64,000 nucleotides of DNA from Longimicrobiales bacterium (GTDB lineage Bacteria > Gemmatimonadota > Gemmatimonadetes > Longimicrobiales > Gaopeijiaceae). The DNA lies in assembly GCA_965204735.1 (NCBI GenBank), contig OZ242008.1, forward strand, positions 1,728,001-1,792,000, given 5' to 3'. The position numbers and the translations under genes are program-made. The notes beneath the pieces are model-generated. The model made no database searches. It worked only from the letters and a program-made list of their open reading frames with translations, and was not told the origin of the DNA. Below, one piece after another: positions 45,065 to 61,477 of the stretch; the stretch's first letter is position 1, and each line of letters begins with the position of its first letter.

Positions 45065-46338
45065 CGCCCGCCCGCCCGCCCCGCGACCGTGTTCTCGTCC
45101 CCCGAGGCCGCCGGCCGCCGCAGCTTGGCCCGGAGCACCTGCGTGTCCGACGCCTCCACCACCTCGATCCGCACCCCGTCGGCCATGAACGACGCTCCCG
45201 GCTCGGGCACGTGCCCCAGCTCCTCCAGGATGAACCCGTTGAGGGAGCGGTTCTCGCCCGCCGGCAGGGCGAAGCCGAAGCGCTGGTTGATCTCCCGCAG
45301 CTCCGCGCTTCCCGCCGCCGCGATCTCGTCCTCCGACACTCGGGTCAGGGGCTCCTCGTCCACGTCGGTCTCGTCCACGATCTCGCCGACCAGCTCCTCC
45401 AGCACGTCCTCCAAGGTGATCAGCCCGTCGGTGCCGCCGAACTCGTCGGCCACGATCCCCATGTGGACCCGCTGGGCGCGGAAGAGGGCCAGCAGCTTCG
45501 CCAGCGACAGGGACCCCGGCACGAACATGGGCTCTCGGGCCAGCTCGGAGAGGGGCACGCCCCGCCGCCCCGCCACGTAGGCCTGGTACGCCTCCCGCGC
45601 GTGAAGTATGCCCGTCACGTCGTCCACGCTCTCGCCGTACACGGGAACCCGCGAGTGGGGCACGGACTCCAGCTCGGGCACGATCTCCTCCAGCAAGCGC
45701 GAGTCCTTCCACGCGAAGATGTCGACGCGGGGCGTCATCGCGTCCCAGGCGTCCAGCTCGTCCAGCTGGAACGCCCTTTCCACCAGCCGGTGCTCGTCGG
45801 GCTGGACCACTCCTTCGTCGGCCCCGATCTCCAGCGCCTCCCGAACCTGGAGCTCCTCCGCCGAAGCCCCCCCGCCCGTCGCCTTCCGCGGCAACAGCCT
45901 CTCCACGACCCGCAAGGGCAGCATGAGCCACCCGAAGAAGCCCGACCCGCGCTGGAGGAAGGGCGCCGCGGCAAGGGCCAAGCGCACCGGCCGTCTGCTC
46001 GCCAGCCCGCGGGGCACCAAGTCTCCCGCCAGCAGCATGACCAGCCACAGCGCCGGAGCCGCCCACAGTCCCGCCGTCCCCCAGCCCGACGCGGCCGCGC
46101 CCATGCCGGCGGCCATCGCGCCCAAGTAGCACACCGTGCGAAGCACCGCCAGGGGAGACGTGGCCAACTCGTCCACGCGCAGCGCCGACAGGGCCTCGGC
46201 GCCGGCGAAGCCTTCGTCGGCCAGCAGCCGAGCCCGGGACTCGCTGATCCGGAGGACGGCGGTGAGGGCTGCCGTGAGCGCGCCGGAGAGTCCCAGCAGC
46301 GCGGCGGACGCAACCACCAGTCCCGCCGTCAGCCACAT
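45061..46338 (-). CDS. Hemolysin/CNNM family (DUF21-CBS-CorC) protein
   Basis: GDLVPR, MTPRVD, HSRVPVY, IVADEFGGTDGLITLEDVLEELVGEIVDE. Confidence 0.9.
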   Translation of the reverse strand: MWLTAGLVVASAALLGLSGALTAALTAVLRISESRARLLADEGFAGAEALSALRVDELATSPLAVLRTVCYLGAMAAGMGAAASGWGTAGLWAAPALWLVMLLAGDLVPRGLASRRPVRLALAAAPFLQRGSGFFGWLMLPLRVVERLLPRKATGGGASAEELQVREALEIGADEGVVQPDEHRLVERAFQLDELDAWDAMTPRVDIFAWKDSRLLEEIVPELESVPHSRVPVYGESVDDVTGILHAREAYQAYVAGRRGVPLSELAREPMFVPGSLSLAKLLALFRAQRVHMGIVADEFGGTDGLITLEDVLEELVGEIVDETDVDEEPLTRVSEDEIAAAGSAELREINQRFGFALPAGENRSLNGFILEELGHVPEPGASFMADGVRIEVVEASDTQVLRAKLRRPAASGDENTVAGRAGGR

Positions 46339-46387
46339 GACGCGACCTCTTCTCGACTAGGAGGCTGGTCCTCCTGCGGACGAGCCT

Positions 46388-47428
46388 CTACGTCCACTTC
46401 CGGCTCTCGCTGATCAGCTCGGCGATCACGTCCCGCGTGCTCAGCCCCTCGGCCTCGCCGTCGAAGTTCACCACGATCCGATGCGCCAGGATCGCCGGCG
46501 CGATCTGATGGACGTCCTCCATCGTGGGCATGGGCGCGCCCCGAAACGCGGCCCGGGCCTTCGCGCCCAGCACCAAGTACTGGGAGGCCCGAGGACCCGC
46601 CCCCCAGCTGACGTAGCGCTTCGCCACCGCAGCCTGCTCGGCGCCGCCGGGGCGCGTGGAACGGGCCAGCCTGACCGCATAGCCGACGATCGACGGCGGC
46701 GCCGGGATCCGCCGGACCAGCCGCTGAAGCTCGATGATCTCGTCGCCATGGACCACGGGCTCGACCCGCACGTCCTGCACCTCCGTGGCGAGGGTGGCGA
46801 TCTTCTCCTCTTCCTCCCGGTCCGGGTACCCGATCCGCAGGTCGAACATGAAGCGGTCCAGCTGGGCTTCGGGGAGCGGGTAGGTTCCCTCCTGCTCGAT
46901 GGGGTTCTGGGTCGCCAGCACGAAGAACGGCGGGTCCAGGTGGTAGGTCTTGCCGGCAGCGGTCACGTCCCGTTCCTGCATCGCCTCCAGCAGGGCGGCC
47001 TGGGTCTTGGGAGGGGTCCGGTTGATCTCGTCGGCCAGCACGATGTTCGCGAAGATCGGTCCCGCCACGAACCGGAAGACCCGCTTGCCGGTGATCTTGT
47101 CCTCCTCGATCACGTCCGTCCCGGTGATGTCGGTGGGCATCAGGTCCGGCGTGAACTGAATGCGCGAGAACTTGAGGTGGAGTGCGTCGGCCAACGTGGA
47201 GATGATCAGCGTCTTGGCCAGTCCGGGCACGCCCACGAGCAGCACGTGCCCGTTGGCCATCATCGCCGTGAGGATGCCGTCCACGATGTGCTGCTGGCCG
47301 ACGATCCGACGCTCGACGGCCGTTCGCAGCTCGCCGGCGATCTCGCCCGCCCGCCGCAGGAGCCGGACGTCCCGGTCGGCGGCCAGGTCGCGGCCCGCCG
47401 GAGCGGGAGGGGAGGACACTGGATTCAT
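46388..47428 (-). CDS. MoxR-family AAA+ ATPase
   Basis: GVPGLAKT, RIQFTPDLMPTD, LADEINRTPPKTQAALLEAM, ATQNPIEQEGTYPLPEAQLDRF. Confidence 0.95.
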   Translation of the reverse strand: MNPVSSPPAPAGRDLAADRDVRLLRRAGEIAGELRTAVERRIVGQQHIVDGILTAMMANGHVLLVGVPGLAKTLIISTLADALHLKFSRIQFTPDLMPTDITGTDVIEEDKITGKRVFRFVAGPIFANIVLADEINRTPPKTQAALLEAMQERDVTAAGKTYHLDPPFFVLATQNPIEQEGTYPLPEAQLDRFMFDLRIGYPDREEEEKIATLATEVQDVRVEPVVHGDEIIELQRLVRRIPAPPSIVGYAVRLARSTRPGGAEQAAVAKRYVSWGAGPRASQYLVLGAKARAAFRGAPMPTMEDVHQIAPAILAHRIVVNFDGEAEGLSTRDVIAELISESRKWT

Positions 47429-47548
47429 GGGAAGCGAAGATAGGCCAGGGCCGTTTCTCGGGTCAACCCGATTCGGGCGCTTCCCGTGCCGGCCCGAAGG
47501 TCCGGGAACCCTCGCCCAAAGGTCCGGGAAGCCCGTCGGCTCGTCGGC

Positions 47549-47576
47549 TTGCGAATTTTTTCACAAGCACTAGCTT
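47549..47576 (+). promoter_or_regulatory. atp operon promoter with an overlapping Rex-like operator
   Basis: TTGCGAA-TTTT-TTCACAA (47549-47566) is one mismatch from TTGTGAA-N4-TTCACAA; candidate -35 TTGCGA, 16 bp, -10 TAGCTT (47571-47576). Confidence 0.65.
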
Positions 47577-47599
47577 TCGACACGAAACGGAGGTCGATC

Positions 47600-47857
47600 G
47601 TGGAGGAAGGCCGGACGCGAGAGGCGGGGCCTCGCGGAGGCGCCGGGGGGCTCGAAAGGTACGCCGGCTACGGCATCGCTTGGGTCCTGGCGGCGCTCCT
47701 TGGGGGCTGGGCCGGCTTGGCGCTGGACAGGCGGCTCGGCACCGCTCCGCTGCTGACGCTGCTCGGAGCCTTCGCGGGAGCGGGGGCGGGACTGTACACT
47801 CTCTACGCGCGGCTCGTGCTGGAGCCCGCCGAGAAGGAGAAGGACCGAGAGGAATGA
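47600..47857 (+). CDS. AtpZ/AtpI-family 2-TM ATP synthase accessory protein
   Basis: GWAGLALDRRLGTAPLLTLLG motif; first gene of the atp operon; GGAGG RBS. Confidence 0.8.
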   Translation: MEEGRTREAGPRGGAGGLERYAGYGIAWVLAALLGGWAGLALDRRLGTAPLLTLLGAFAGAGAGLYTLYARLVLEPAEKEKDREE

Positions 47858-48230
47858 ACCGGCAACCGCCGTTCTACGCCGCCGCCTTCCTGCTGGTGCT
47901 GGCGGGGGGCGCCGCGGCGTGGCCCTTCCTCGAAGGAACGGGCCGGACCGCCGTGGCCTGGGCAGCGCTCCTGTGCTTGGCCGTCCAGCTTCCGCTCCAC
48001 GCCCTGACGAGGGGCTGGCGGCGCAGCGCCGAGAAGTTCGTGAAGGCCGTCGCCTTCTCGTTCGCGGTCAGGGCGGCGTCCGTCGTCGCGGCGGTCGTCC
48101 TCGTGGTGGTCCCGGAGCGCGCGGCCCCGGCGCCGTTCCTCTTGGCGCTGGCGGTCTTCCTCGTCTCGACTTCGCTGGTCGAGGCCGTCCTGGAGTCCCG
48201 GGCGCCGCCGGCCGGAAGGCCCGCCGAAGC

Positions 48231-48234
<4 letters not shown>
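47854..48234 (+). CDS. ATP synthase I-like 4-TM protein
   Basis: Four hydrophobic helices; ATGA-coupled on both sides, between the AtpZ-like gene and atpB. Confidence 0.7.
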
Positions 48235-49409
<1,175 letters not shown>

Positions 49410-49410
<1 letters not shown>

Positions 49411-49976
49411 TGACGCCGGCTGGGGGCGTGCTCCTCGGGCCGTGGGCGGCCGCGGCCGAAGGGGGCTGGAGCAGCCTCTTCACGCCCGACTGGGGCCTCT
49501 CCGTCTGGACGTGGGCGACCTTCCTGGTCATGCTCGCCGTCCTCGGCCGCTTCGCTTGGAAGCCCCTTCTCGGCGCCCTCGAAGCGCGGGAGAAGGGCAT
49601 CCAGGACGAGATCGACGAGGCCAAGCGGCGCCGTGAAGAGGCCGACCGGGTTCTGGCCGAGCAACGGGCGCAGCTGGCCGAAGGCCGCCGCCAAGCCCAA
49701 GCCGTGGTCGCCGAGAGCAGGGCCGCCGCCGCCAAGCTGCAGAAGGAGCTGGAGGCCAGGGCCAGGGAAGAAGCACAGGCGATCCTCGACGCCGCCCGCC
49801 GGGACATCCGCCGGGAGCGCGACGCCGCAGTGGAGGTGGTCCGACGAGAAGCCGTGGAGCTGGCCCTGGCCGCGGCGGAGCGCCTTGTGGGCGAGCGGAT
49901 GGACGGCGAGCGGGATCGAAGGCTGGTCATGAGCTGCATCGACGACATCTCCGGGTCCGCCGGCTTCAGGGCGTGA
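49410..49976 (+). CDS. atpF: F0F1 ATP synthase subunit b
   Basis: N-terminal TM, FAWKPLLGALEARE, long coiled coil; operon position. Confidence 0.93.
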
Positions 49977-50560
49977 GAGAAGCCACCGTCGCCCGCAGCT
50001 ACGCCGAGACCCTCTTCGCACTGGCGGAGGGCCACGACGGCGTCGAGGCGTTCGGCCAAGCCGTCGACGCCGTGGCCCGCCTCTGCGAGGACGCTCGGGT
50101 GCGGGAGTTCCTGGCCACGCCGCGAATCCCGGCCGCCGCCAAGAAGGGAGCGCTGGAGAAGGCGCTGGGTCCCATGTCGCATCCCCTCTTCCTCGCCTTC
50201 CTCAAGGTGGTCGTGGACAAGGGACGGCAGCGGCTGATCCCCCGGATCGCCGAAGAGTACGGGCTGCTCCTGGACCGGCGCATGGGTCGCCGCTACGTGG
50301 AGGTCACGGTGGCGAGGCCTCTGGACGAAGCCGCGCTGGGCGAGCTGGCGCGACGGATGTCCAAGGCGACGGGACTCACGATCGTTCCCGCCGTGAAGGT
50401 GGTTCCCGGCATCCTGGGAGGAATCGTGATCCGCGACGGCGACACGGTCTACGACGGCTCCCTCAGGCGCAGGCTGGGAACGATGCGGCGACGCCTTCTG
50501 GGGGCGAAGCTTCCGGTCGGCGCGCAACCGCCAACGACAACGAACCACAGGAACGAATAG
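49973..50560 (+). CDS. atpH: F0F1 ATP synthase subunit delta
   Basis: [27 protein letters not shown]. Confidence 0.94.
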   Translation: MREATVARSYAETLFALAEGHDGVEAFGQAVDAVARLCEDARVREFLATPRIPAAAKKGALEKALGPMSHPLFLAFLKVVVDKGRQRLIPRIAEEYGLLLDRRMGRRYVEVTVARPLDEAALGELARRMSKATGLTIVPAVKVVPGILGGIVIRDGDTVYDGSLRRRLGTMRRRLLGAKLPVGAQPPTTTNHRNE

Positions 50561-50564
50561 ACGA

Positions 50565-52115
50565 ATGGCAGACACCCAGCTTCGCGCGGGCGAGCTCAAG
50601 GGCGTGCTCCTGGCCGAGATCGAGCGCTACGACCAGGTCCTGGACGCCGAGGAAGTGGGCGAGGTCCTCGAGGTCAAGGACGGGGTGGCCCGCATCTACG
50701 GCCTCACCCGGGCCATGGCCAGCGAGATGCTCGAGATCACCTCGGGCGAGACCGGCGACACCGTCACCGCCTTGGCGCTGAACCTCGAGGAGGACAACAT
50801 CGGCGCCGTGGTGATGGGGGAGTGGGCCGGACTCCACGAGGGCGACGAGGTGCGCCGCACCGGCCGCGTTCTGGACGTGCCCGTGGGCGACGGCTACCTG
50901 GGCCGCGTCGTGGACGCCCTGGGAGCCCCGGTCGACGGCGGACCCGAGATCGAGACCGCAGGCCGGCGCCAGATCGACGTCGTGGCGCCCGGGATCGTCA
51001 AGCGCCAGCCGGTGAAGGAGCCGCTCCAGACGGGCATCAAGGCGATCGACGCCATGATCCCCATCGGCAGGGGTCAGCGCGAGCTCGTCATCGGCGACCG
51101 CCAGACCGGCAAGACGGCGATCGCCGTGGACGCCATCATCAACCAGCGCGACACGGACGTCGTGTGCATCTACTGCGCCGTGGGCCAGCGGGCGGGGCAG
51201 GTCGCCGGGGTGGTCGAGACCCTGCGCCACCACGGCGCCATGGAGTACACGATCGTGGTCGCGGCCAACGCCTCCGATCCGGCCCCGATGCAGTACATCG
51301 CCCCGTACTCGGCCACCGCCCTGGCGGAGGACTTCATGTGGCGGGGCAAGCACGTCCTCGTCGTCTACGACGATCTGTCGAAGCAGGCCCAGGCGTACCG
51401 GCAGCTCTCCCTCGTGCTCCGGCGCCCGCCGGGCCGCGAGGCGTATCCGGGAGACGTCTTCTACCTCCACTCCCGCCTCTTGGAGCGCGCCGCCAAGCTC
51501 TCGGACGAGCTGGGCGGAGGCTCGCTGACCGCCCTTCCCATCATCGAGACCCAGGCGGGCGACGTGTCGGCGTACATCCCGACGAACGTCATCTCCATCA
51601 CCGACGGCCAGATCTACCTGGAGCCCGACCTCTTCAACTCGGGGGTGCGGCCGGCGGTCAACGTGGGCATCTCCGTCTCCCGGGTGGGCGGCGCCGCCCA
51701 GGTCAAGGCCATGAAGACGGTGGCGGGCCGCCTGCGGCTGGACCTGGCCCAGTTCCGCGCGATGGAGACGTTCGCCCAGTTCGCCTCGGACCTGGACGCC
51801 GCCACCCAGCGGCAGCTGGCCCGGGGCCAGCGCACGGTCGAGATCCTCAAGCAGCCCCAGTACCGGCCCGTGCCGGTGGAGCGGCAGATCGTGGCGATCT
51901 ACGCCGTCACCAACGACTACCTGGACGACGTGGATCTGTCCAAGGTGCGCGAGTGGGAGCAGGGCTTCCTGGAGTTCGTCGAGAGCCGCTTCAACGACGT
52001 CTTCGCCGGCCTGAGGCAAGAGGGGAAGCTCACCGACGACATCGAAGGCCGCCTGAAGGAGGCGATCGGCGAGTACGCCGCGGCGTTCGAGGCCCAAGCC
52101 CAGGTCGGCGCCTGA
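50565..52115 (+). CDS. atpA: F0F1 ATP synthase subunit alpha
   Basis: [43 protein letters not shown]. Confidence 0.98.
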   Translation: MADTQLRAGELKGVLLAEIERYDQVLDAEEVGEVLEVKDGVARIYGLTRAMASEMLEITSGETGDTVTALALNLEEDNIGAVVMGEWAGLHEGDEVRRTGRVLDVPVGDGYLGRVVDALGAPVDGGPEIETAGRRQIDVVAPGIVKRQPVKEPLQTGIKAIDAMIPIGRGQRELVIGDRQTGKTAIAVDAIINQRDTDVVCIYCAVGQRAGQVAGVVETLRHHGAMEYTIVVAANASDPAPMQYIAPYSATALAEDFMWRGKHVLVVYDDLSKQAQAYRQLSLVLRRPPGREAYPGDVFYLHSRLLERAAKLSDELGGGSLTALPIIETQAGDVSAYIPTNVISITDGQIYLEPDLFNSGVRPAVNVGISVSRVGGAAQVKAMKTVAGRLRLDLAQFRAMETFAQFASDLDAATQRQLARGQRTVEILKQPQYRPVPVERQIVAIYAVTNDYLDDVDLSKVREWEQGFLEFVESRFNDVFAGLRQEGKLTDDIEGRLKEAIGEYAAAFEAQAQVGA

Positions 52116-52116
52116 C

Positions 52117-54442
<2,326 letters not shown>

Positions 54443-54446
54443 CGCG

Positions 54447-54707
54447 ATGGCCAAGGCGCTGAAGCTCCACGTGCTGACGCCCGCAGGCGCCGTCTTCAAG
54501 GGAAGCGCCCGCTCGCTGGTGGCGCCGGCGTGGGACGGTCGCGTGGGGGTCCTGCCGGGACACGCCCCGTTCCTGACTCTCTTGGGCGAAGGTCCTCTGG
54601 CGGTGCGCACCGATTCCGGCGACGCCCGCGAGTTCGGCGTCTCGGGCGGCGTCATGAAAGTCGAGTCCGACGACGTGACCGTATTGGCCGACCGAGTCCT
54701 CGAATGA
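54447..54707 (+). CDS. atpC: F0F1 ATP synthase subunit epsilon (short, beta-sandwich only)
   Basis: GRVGVLPGHAP, VSGGVMKV..VTVLAD; 86 aa. Confidence 0.93.
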   Translation: MAKALKLHVLTPAGAVFKGSARSLVAPAWDGRVGVLPGHAPFLTLLGEGPLAVRTDSGDAREFGVSGGVMKVESDDVTVLADRVLE

Positions 54708-55522
54708 AGCTCGACCTGCACGTCCACTCCACCGCTTCGGACGGCGTCTGCTCCCCGGACGAGGTCGTCGAGCGGGCGGCGGGCGGCGGCCTCGACGTGA
54801 TCGCGCTGGCCGACCACGACACGACCGCCGGCGTCGCCTCGGCGAAGCGCGCCGCCCGCGACCGTCCGGTCGAGGTGATCGCGGCGGTGGAGCTGAGCAG
54901 CACCTACCGCGGCGAAGACGTGCACGTCCTGGCGTACTTCCTGGACATCGAGTCGCCGGCGCTGGCGGCCCAGCGTCGCAGGGGCTTCGACCGCCGAGCG
55001 GCCCGCATGAGGGAGATGCGGGAGCGCCTCGCGGCTCAGGGAATCACCGTCACCAGCCGCCAAGTGGACGCCCAGCGCGCCTCGGGCGACGTCGCCGCGG
55101 CTCGGCCCCACTTGGCACGGGCGTTGGTGGCGGCGGGGCACGCGGTCTCGGTCCCCGACGCCTTCGCTCGGCTCATCGGCGACGGCTGTCCGGCCTATGT
55201 CCCGACGGAAGTCTCGACGCCGGAAGAGGTGATCGGCGTGGCGCTGGCTGCCGGAGGCATCCCCGTCTGGGCCCACCCGCCCGCGGCGCTGCTGGAGAAG
55301 CTGCTGCCGCCGATGCTGGATGCCGGGCTGAAGGGGCTGGAGGTCTACCGACCCCCGGGGAGGTCCGCCAGCCCGGCCAGGCTGCGGGAGATCGCCCAGG
55401 CGGAAGGGCTTCTGGTCACCGGAGGCTCGGATTGGCACGGTCCCGCCGGCGGTTCCGAGCTTGGCGACTTCTTCGTGACCGGCGATCAAGTCGCTAGCTT
55501 TCTGGAAGCGGGAGGGGCGTAG
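54704..55522 (+). CDS. PHP-domain phosphoesterase (TrpH/YciV-like)
   Basis: DLHVHSTASDG, LADHDT, AHP, TGGSDWHG. Confidence 0.92.
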   Translation: MKLDLHVHSTASDGVCSPDEVVERAAGGGLDVIALADHDTTAGVASAKRAARDRPVEVIAAVELSSTYRGEDVHVLAYFLDIESPALAAQRRRGFDRRAARMREMRERLAAQGITVTSRQVDAQRASGDVAAARPHLARALVAAGHAVSVPDAFARLIGDGCPAYVPTEVSTPEEVIGVALAAGGIPVWAHPPAALLEKLLPPMLDAGLKGLEVYRPPGRSASPARLREIAQAEGLLVTGGSDWHGPAGGSELGDFFVTGDQVASFLEAGGA

Positions 55523-55638
55523 CCGGCCCGCACTTGCGGGAAGGGCGACCGCTCGGCCCGCGAAGGAAGTAGTTCGGCGGCTCCGGCCCAGGAGTGGTTC
55601 GGCGGCGTTGGTCCAGGAACCGCCTGGTCCGGTCGGTG

Positions 55639-55666
55639 TTGACTTTCTTCCAGGAAGGCTTACCTT
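55639..55666 (+). promoter_or_regulatory. rRNA promoter
   Basis: TTGACT, 16 bp, TACCTT about 330 nt upstream of the 23S gene. Confidence 0.65.
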
Positions 55667-55784
55667 CCAAAGCTGTCCGCTTCACAACCGGCGGCCGGCC
55701 TTCCGCGGAGCCGTCTTGCGGCGGGTCGGCGGATCGGACGCGGCTCGCCTTCGGGCGGCGGCCGGACGACGGAGCGGACGTCAG

Positions 55785-55797
55785 GATTCTTGACAGC
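55785..55797 (+). promoter_or_regulatory. boxA-like antitermination element
   Basis: GATTCTTGACAGC immediately before the 5' arm of the rRNA processing stem. Confidence 0.5.
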
Positions 55798-55993
55798 AAG
55801 GGTAGAAGGAAGGTAAAGAGCCTTAGGTCGCTCTGGCCGTCCACTCCACGGACGCCCGCTTGACGGGCGAAGCTGGACGGGCGCGCCAGGAGCGTACGTG
55901 TTGGAAAGGCGACGGTGGACTGGCCCAGTTGCGCAGCCGAACGAGGAACGGACGCAAGTCGCGGTTCGGCGTTCGGTTCGAGGAACAAGGGCT

Positions 55994-58955
<2,962 letters not shown>

Positions 58956-59037
58956 AGCACCTGTCTTTCCACCGCGTCTCTCCGACACGGAAACCGAAAG
59001 GCTCTTCCTTCCTTCTGCCCTTCTTTCTTTTTCGAAA

Positions 59038-59155
59038 GGCTGGTGGCCACAGCGCAGGTGACACACCCGATCCCATCCCGAACTCGGCAGTTAAGCCCTG
59101 CAGCGCGGATGGTACTGCTGGGGCAACCCGGTGGGAGAGTACGTCGCTGCCAGCC
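59038..59155 (+). rRNA. rrf: 5S ribosomal RNA
   Basis: Terminal helix GGCTGGTGG/CTGCCAGCC, CCCGATCCCATCCCGAACTCGG, GATGGTACT, GGGAGAGTA. Confidence 0.97.
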
Positions 59156-59164
59156 TGTCGTGCG

Positions 59165-59205
59165 AAGCGCTCCGTTCGGCCCTCGAGGCCGGGCGGAGCG
59201 TTTTT
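59165..59205 (+). terminator. Rho-independent terminator after 5S
   Basis: Stem AAGCGCTCCGTTCGGCC / GGCCGGGCGGAGCGTTT ending in a T run. Confidence 0.85.
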
Positions 59206-59270
59206 GCGTCTTGGGGGCGTGCCCGAGCACCGGCTGGGGGCCGGGAGCGCGGCCGTGGTCCTGGACGGGC

Positions 59271-59891
59271 CTATTGCCGGAGTGCGATGCGTACGATGAT
59301 GGCAGGATTGGGGGCGGCCATGACGGCGTGGGCCATGGCGGCTCCGGCGGCTCCGGCTCGGAGGACCAGGGGGACTTGGGCGGGGACGACGCCTCCGATC
59401 CCGACGACGGGGATCGACACTGCGGAGGCGACGCGGGAGAGGCCCTCCAGGCCTATGGGCGCGTTCGTCTTGGCCTTCGTGGAGGTGGCGAAGACGGCGC
59501 CGCATCCGATGTAGCTTGCGCCGTCGGCCTCTGCGGCGCGGGCGGCGGAGGGGTCGGAGGCGGAGAAGCCGATCAGGAAGCCGGGGGGAGCCAGGGCGCG
59601 GGCAGCGGTGACGGGGAGGTCGTTGGGTCCCAAGTGGACGCCGTCGGCGCCGACGGCGAGGGCCAGGTCGAGACGGTCGTTCACGAAGAAGAGCGCGCCG
59701 TCGGCCCGGGTGTCCGCGCGGAGACTCCGGGCCAGGGGCAGGAGGTCGCGGGGCGGGAGGCGCTTGTCGCGGAGCTGGACGGCAGGGGCGCCGGCGGCGA
59801 GGGCGTCGCCCACGACTTCCAGGACGTCCCTGGGACGGGCGGAGGCCCGGTCGGTGACGACGACGAGGCGGAGCCGCCGGCTCAGGTCCAT
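59271..59891 (-). CDS. thiE: Thiamine-phosphate synthase
   Basis: VQLRDK, VNDRLDLA, DGVHLG, FATSTK, VVGIGG. Confidence 0.94.
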   Translation of the reverse strand: MDLSRRLRLVVVTDRASARPRDVLEVVGDALAAGAPAVQLRDKRLPPRDLLPLARSLRADTRADGALFFVNDRLDLALAVGADGVHLGPNDLPVTAARALAPPGFLIGFSASDPSAARAAEADGASYIGCGAVFATSTKAKTNAPIGLEGLSRVASAVSIPVVGIGGVVPAQVPLVLRAGAAGAAMAHAVMAAPNPAIIVRIALRQ

Positions 59892-59898
59892 GGCGGGT

Positions 59899-60978
59899 TC
59901 AGCGGGAGCGGGAGGGGCCGGACTCCCGACGGATGCGCGCGCGGGCGGCGCCGTGTTCTTGGAGAGATCGACTGAATGCGTGGCTGCCGTCGGGCCTTGC
60001 GACGAAGTAGAGGTAATTAGTGTCGGCAGGCGCCAGGGTGGCGTCGAGCGCGGCGGCGCCGGGAGCGGCGATGGGGCCGGGAGGGAGGCCTGCCCGGGTG
60101 TACGTGTTGTAGGGGTGGTCGGCCACCGAGTCCATGGCGGAGTAGAGGAGGCGGGGCCGGTAGCCGCCGAGGGCGTAGAGGACGGTGGGGTCGGCCTGGA
60201 GCGGCATGCCGATGCGCAGCCGGTTGTGGTAGACGCTGGAGATCGTCGGCATCTCGTCCACCCTCCGCGCCTCTGCTTGAATGATCGACGCCAAGGTGAC
60301 GGCTTCCTGCTCGGTGAGGCCGGCCGCCGCGAGGAGGTCGCGACGCTCCGGCGTCCAGTAGCGGCGGTAGCGGGCGACCATGGCCTCCACCACGGCGTGC
60401 ACGCCCACGCCCTCGGCGAAGCGGTAGGTGTCCGGGAAGAGGTAGCCTTCGAGCCCTGGTCCGGGGACCGCCCACCGGGAGTGGAGATCGGGCGCCGAGA
60501 GCGAGCGCGCCACCTCGGCCGAATCGTCCCCCGCCGCTGCCGCGATGCGGCCCGCCATGGCGCGGATCGTCAGCCCCTCGGGGATCGTGACGGCATGGCT
60601 GACGACTCGTCCCTCCGCCAGCGCCTGCAGCAGCTGGGAGGAGCGCACGGCTGCGGGGACGCGGTAGGTGCCCGCCTTCACCGATCGGTCCTGGCCGGTG
60701 ATCCGGGCGCGGGCGCGGAAGAGGAGGGGCCGCGCAACGATCCGGCGCGCCACGAGGGTGTCCACCACGTCCTGAAAGGTGGCTCCGGCGGGGACGCGGA
60801 AGACGACGACGCCGTCGCCGGAGGAGGCGGGCGCCGTCGGGGCCAGCAGCGCGCGCACGAGCACCGCGGCGAGGAGGACGGCAAGGGCCAGCGGAGCGGC
60901 CAGGACGACGGCTCGGCCGTAGCCCCTTGGCGTGCCGGCGCTACCGCCGGTCGCTTGAGCGGTCGCCTTGCCGGGCAT
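59899..60978 (-). CDS. mltG: Endolytic transglycosylase MltG
   Basis: TIPEG, LEGYLFPDTY, LASIIQAEA, LQADPTV, PYNTY..GLPPGPI, YLYFVA. Start approximate. Confidence 0.94.
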   Translation of the reverse strand: MPGKATAQATGGSAGTPRGYGRAVVLAAPLALAVLLAAVLVRALLAPTAPASSGDGVVVFRVPAGATFQDVVDTLVARRIVARPLLFRARARITGQDRSVKAGTYRVPAAVRSSQLLQALAEGRVVSHAVTIPEGLTIRAMAGRIAAAAGDDSAEVARSLSAPDLHSRWAVPGPGLEGYLFPDTYRFAEGVGVHAVVEAMVARYRRYWTPERRDLLAAAGLTEQEAVTLASIIQAEARRVDEMPTISSVYHNRLRIGMPLQADPTVLYALGGYRPRLLYSAMDSVADHPYNTYTRAGLPPGPIAAPGAAALDATLAPADTNYLYFVARPDGSHAFSRSLQEHGAARARIRRESGPSRSR

Positions 60979-61477
60979 CGGGGTGTTCGGCCTCGGGCCG
61001 GCTGGCGTCGAGCCTGTCGGCTCTGGGCTGCCGGTTGGCGTCGAGCCAGTCCTGGAGGATGACGGCTGCTGCTGCGGCATCGATCCTGGCCTTGTCCTCC
61101 CGCTTGGCTTTGGGAAGCCCGATCGACCGGAGACGGGCCGAAGCCTCGACCGAAGAGTAGCGCTCGTCGTGGAACTCGACCGGGAGGCGGCCCCTCTCCC
61201 CCAGCCGCTTCCCGAAGGCGCGGACTTCCGCTGTCCAGTCATTTTCGCGCCCGTCGGTGTCCAAGGGAAGCCCGACGACGACGAGCCGCACCTTGTGCCG
61301 GTCGGCCAACTGCAGAAGCTGGGCCACGGGAGGGCGCTTCCCGGTCCGGCGCTGGAGGGTGGCGAGGGGGGTCGCCAGGGTCGCGCCGACGTCGCTCATG
61401 GCGACTCCGATGCGGCGGCGGCCGTAGTCCAGTCCCATGATCCGTCCGGGCGCGCAGGCGCGGGTTTCCCCCGTCAC
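60941..61477 (-). CDS. ruvX: YqgF/RuvX pre-16S rRNA nuclease (Holliday junction resolvase-like)
   Basis: GLDYGRRRIGVAMSD, VVGLP, DERYSS, IDAAAAAVILQ; GTGA overlap with the helicase stop. Confidence 0.93.
   Translation of the reverse strand: MTGETRACAPGRIMGLDYGRRRIGVAMSDVGATLATPLATLQRRTGKRPPVAQLLQLADRHKVRLVVVGLPLDTDGRENDWTAEVRAFGKRLGERGRLPVEFHDERYSSVEASARLRSIGLPKAKREDKARIDAAAAAVILQDWLDANRQPRADRLDASRPEAEHPDARQGDRSSDRR

Noticed and set aside
47492..47535. Short direct repeat AAGGTCCGGGAA x2 (22-nt period), and CCGCACCAACCC x2 before etfB
   Set aside because: Two short copies each in GC-rich DNA; could be operators but I cannot support that from sequence alone.
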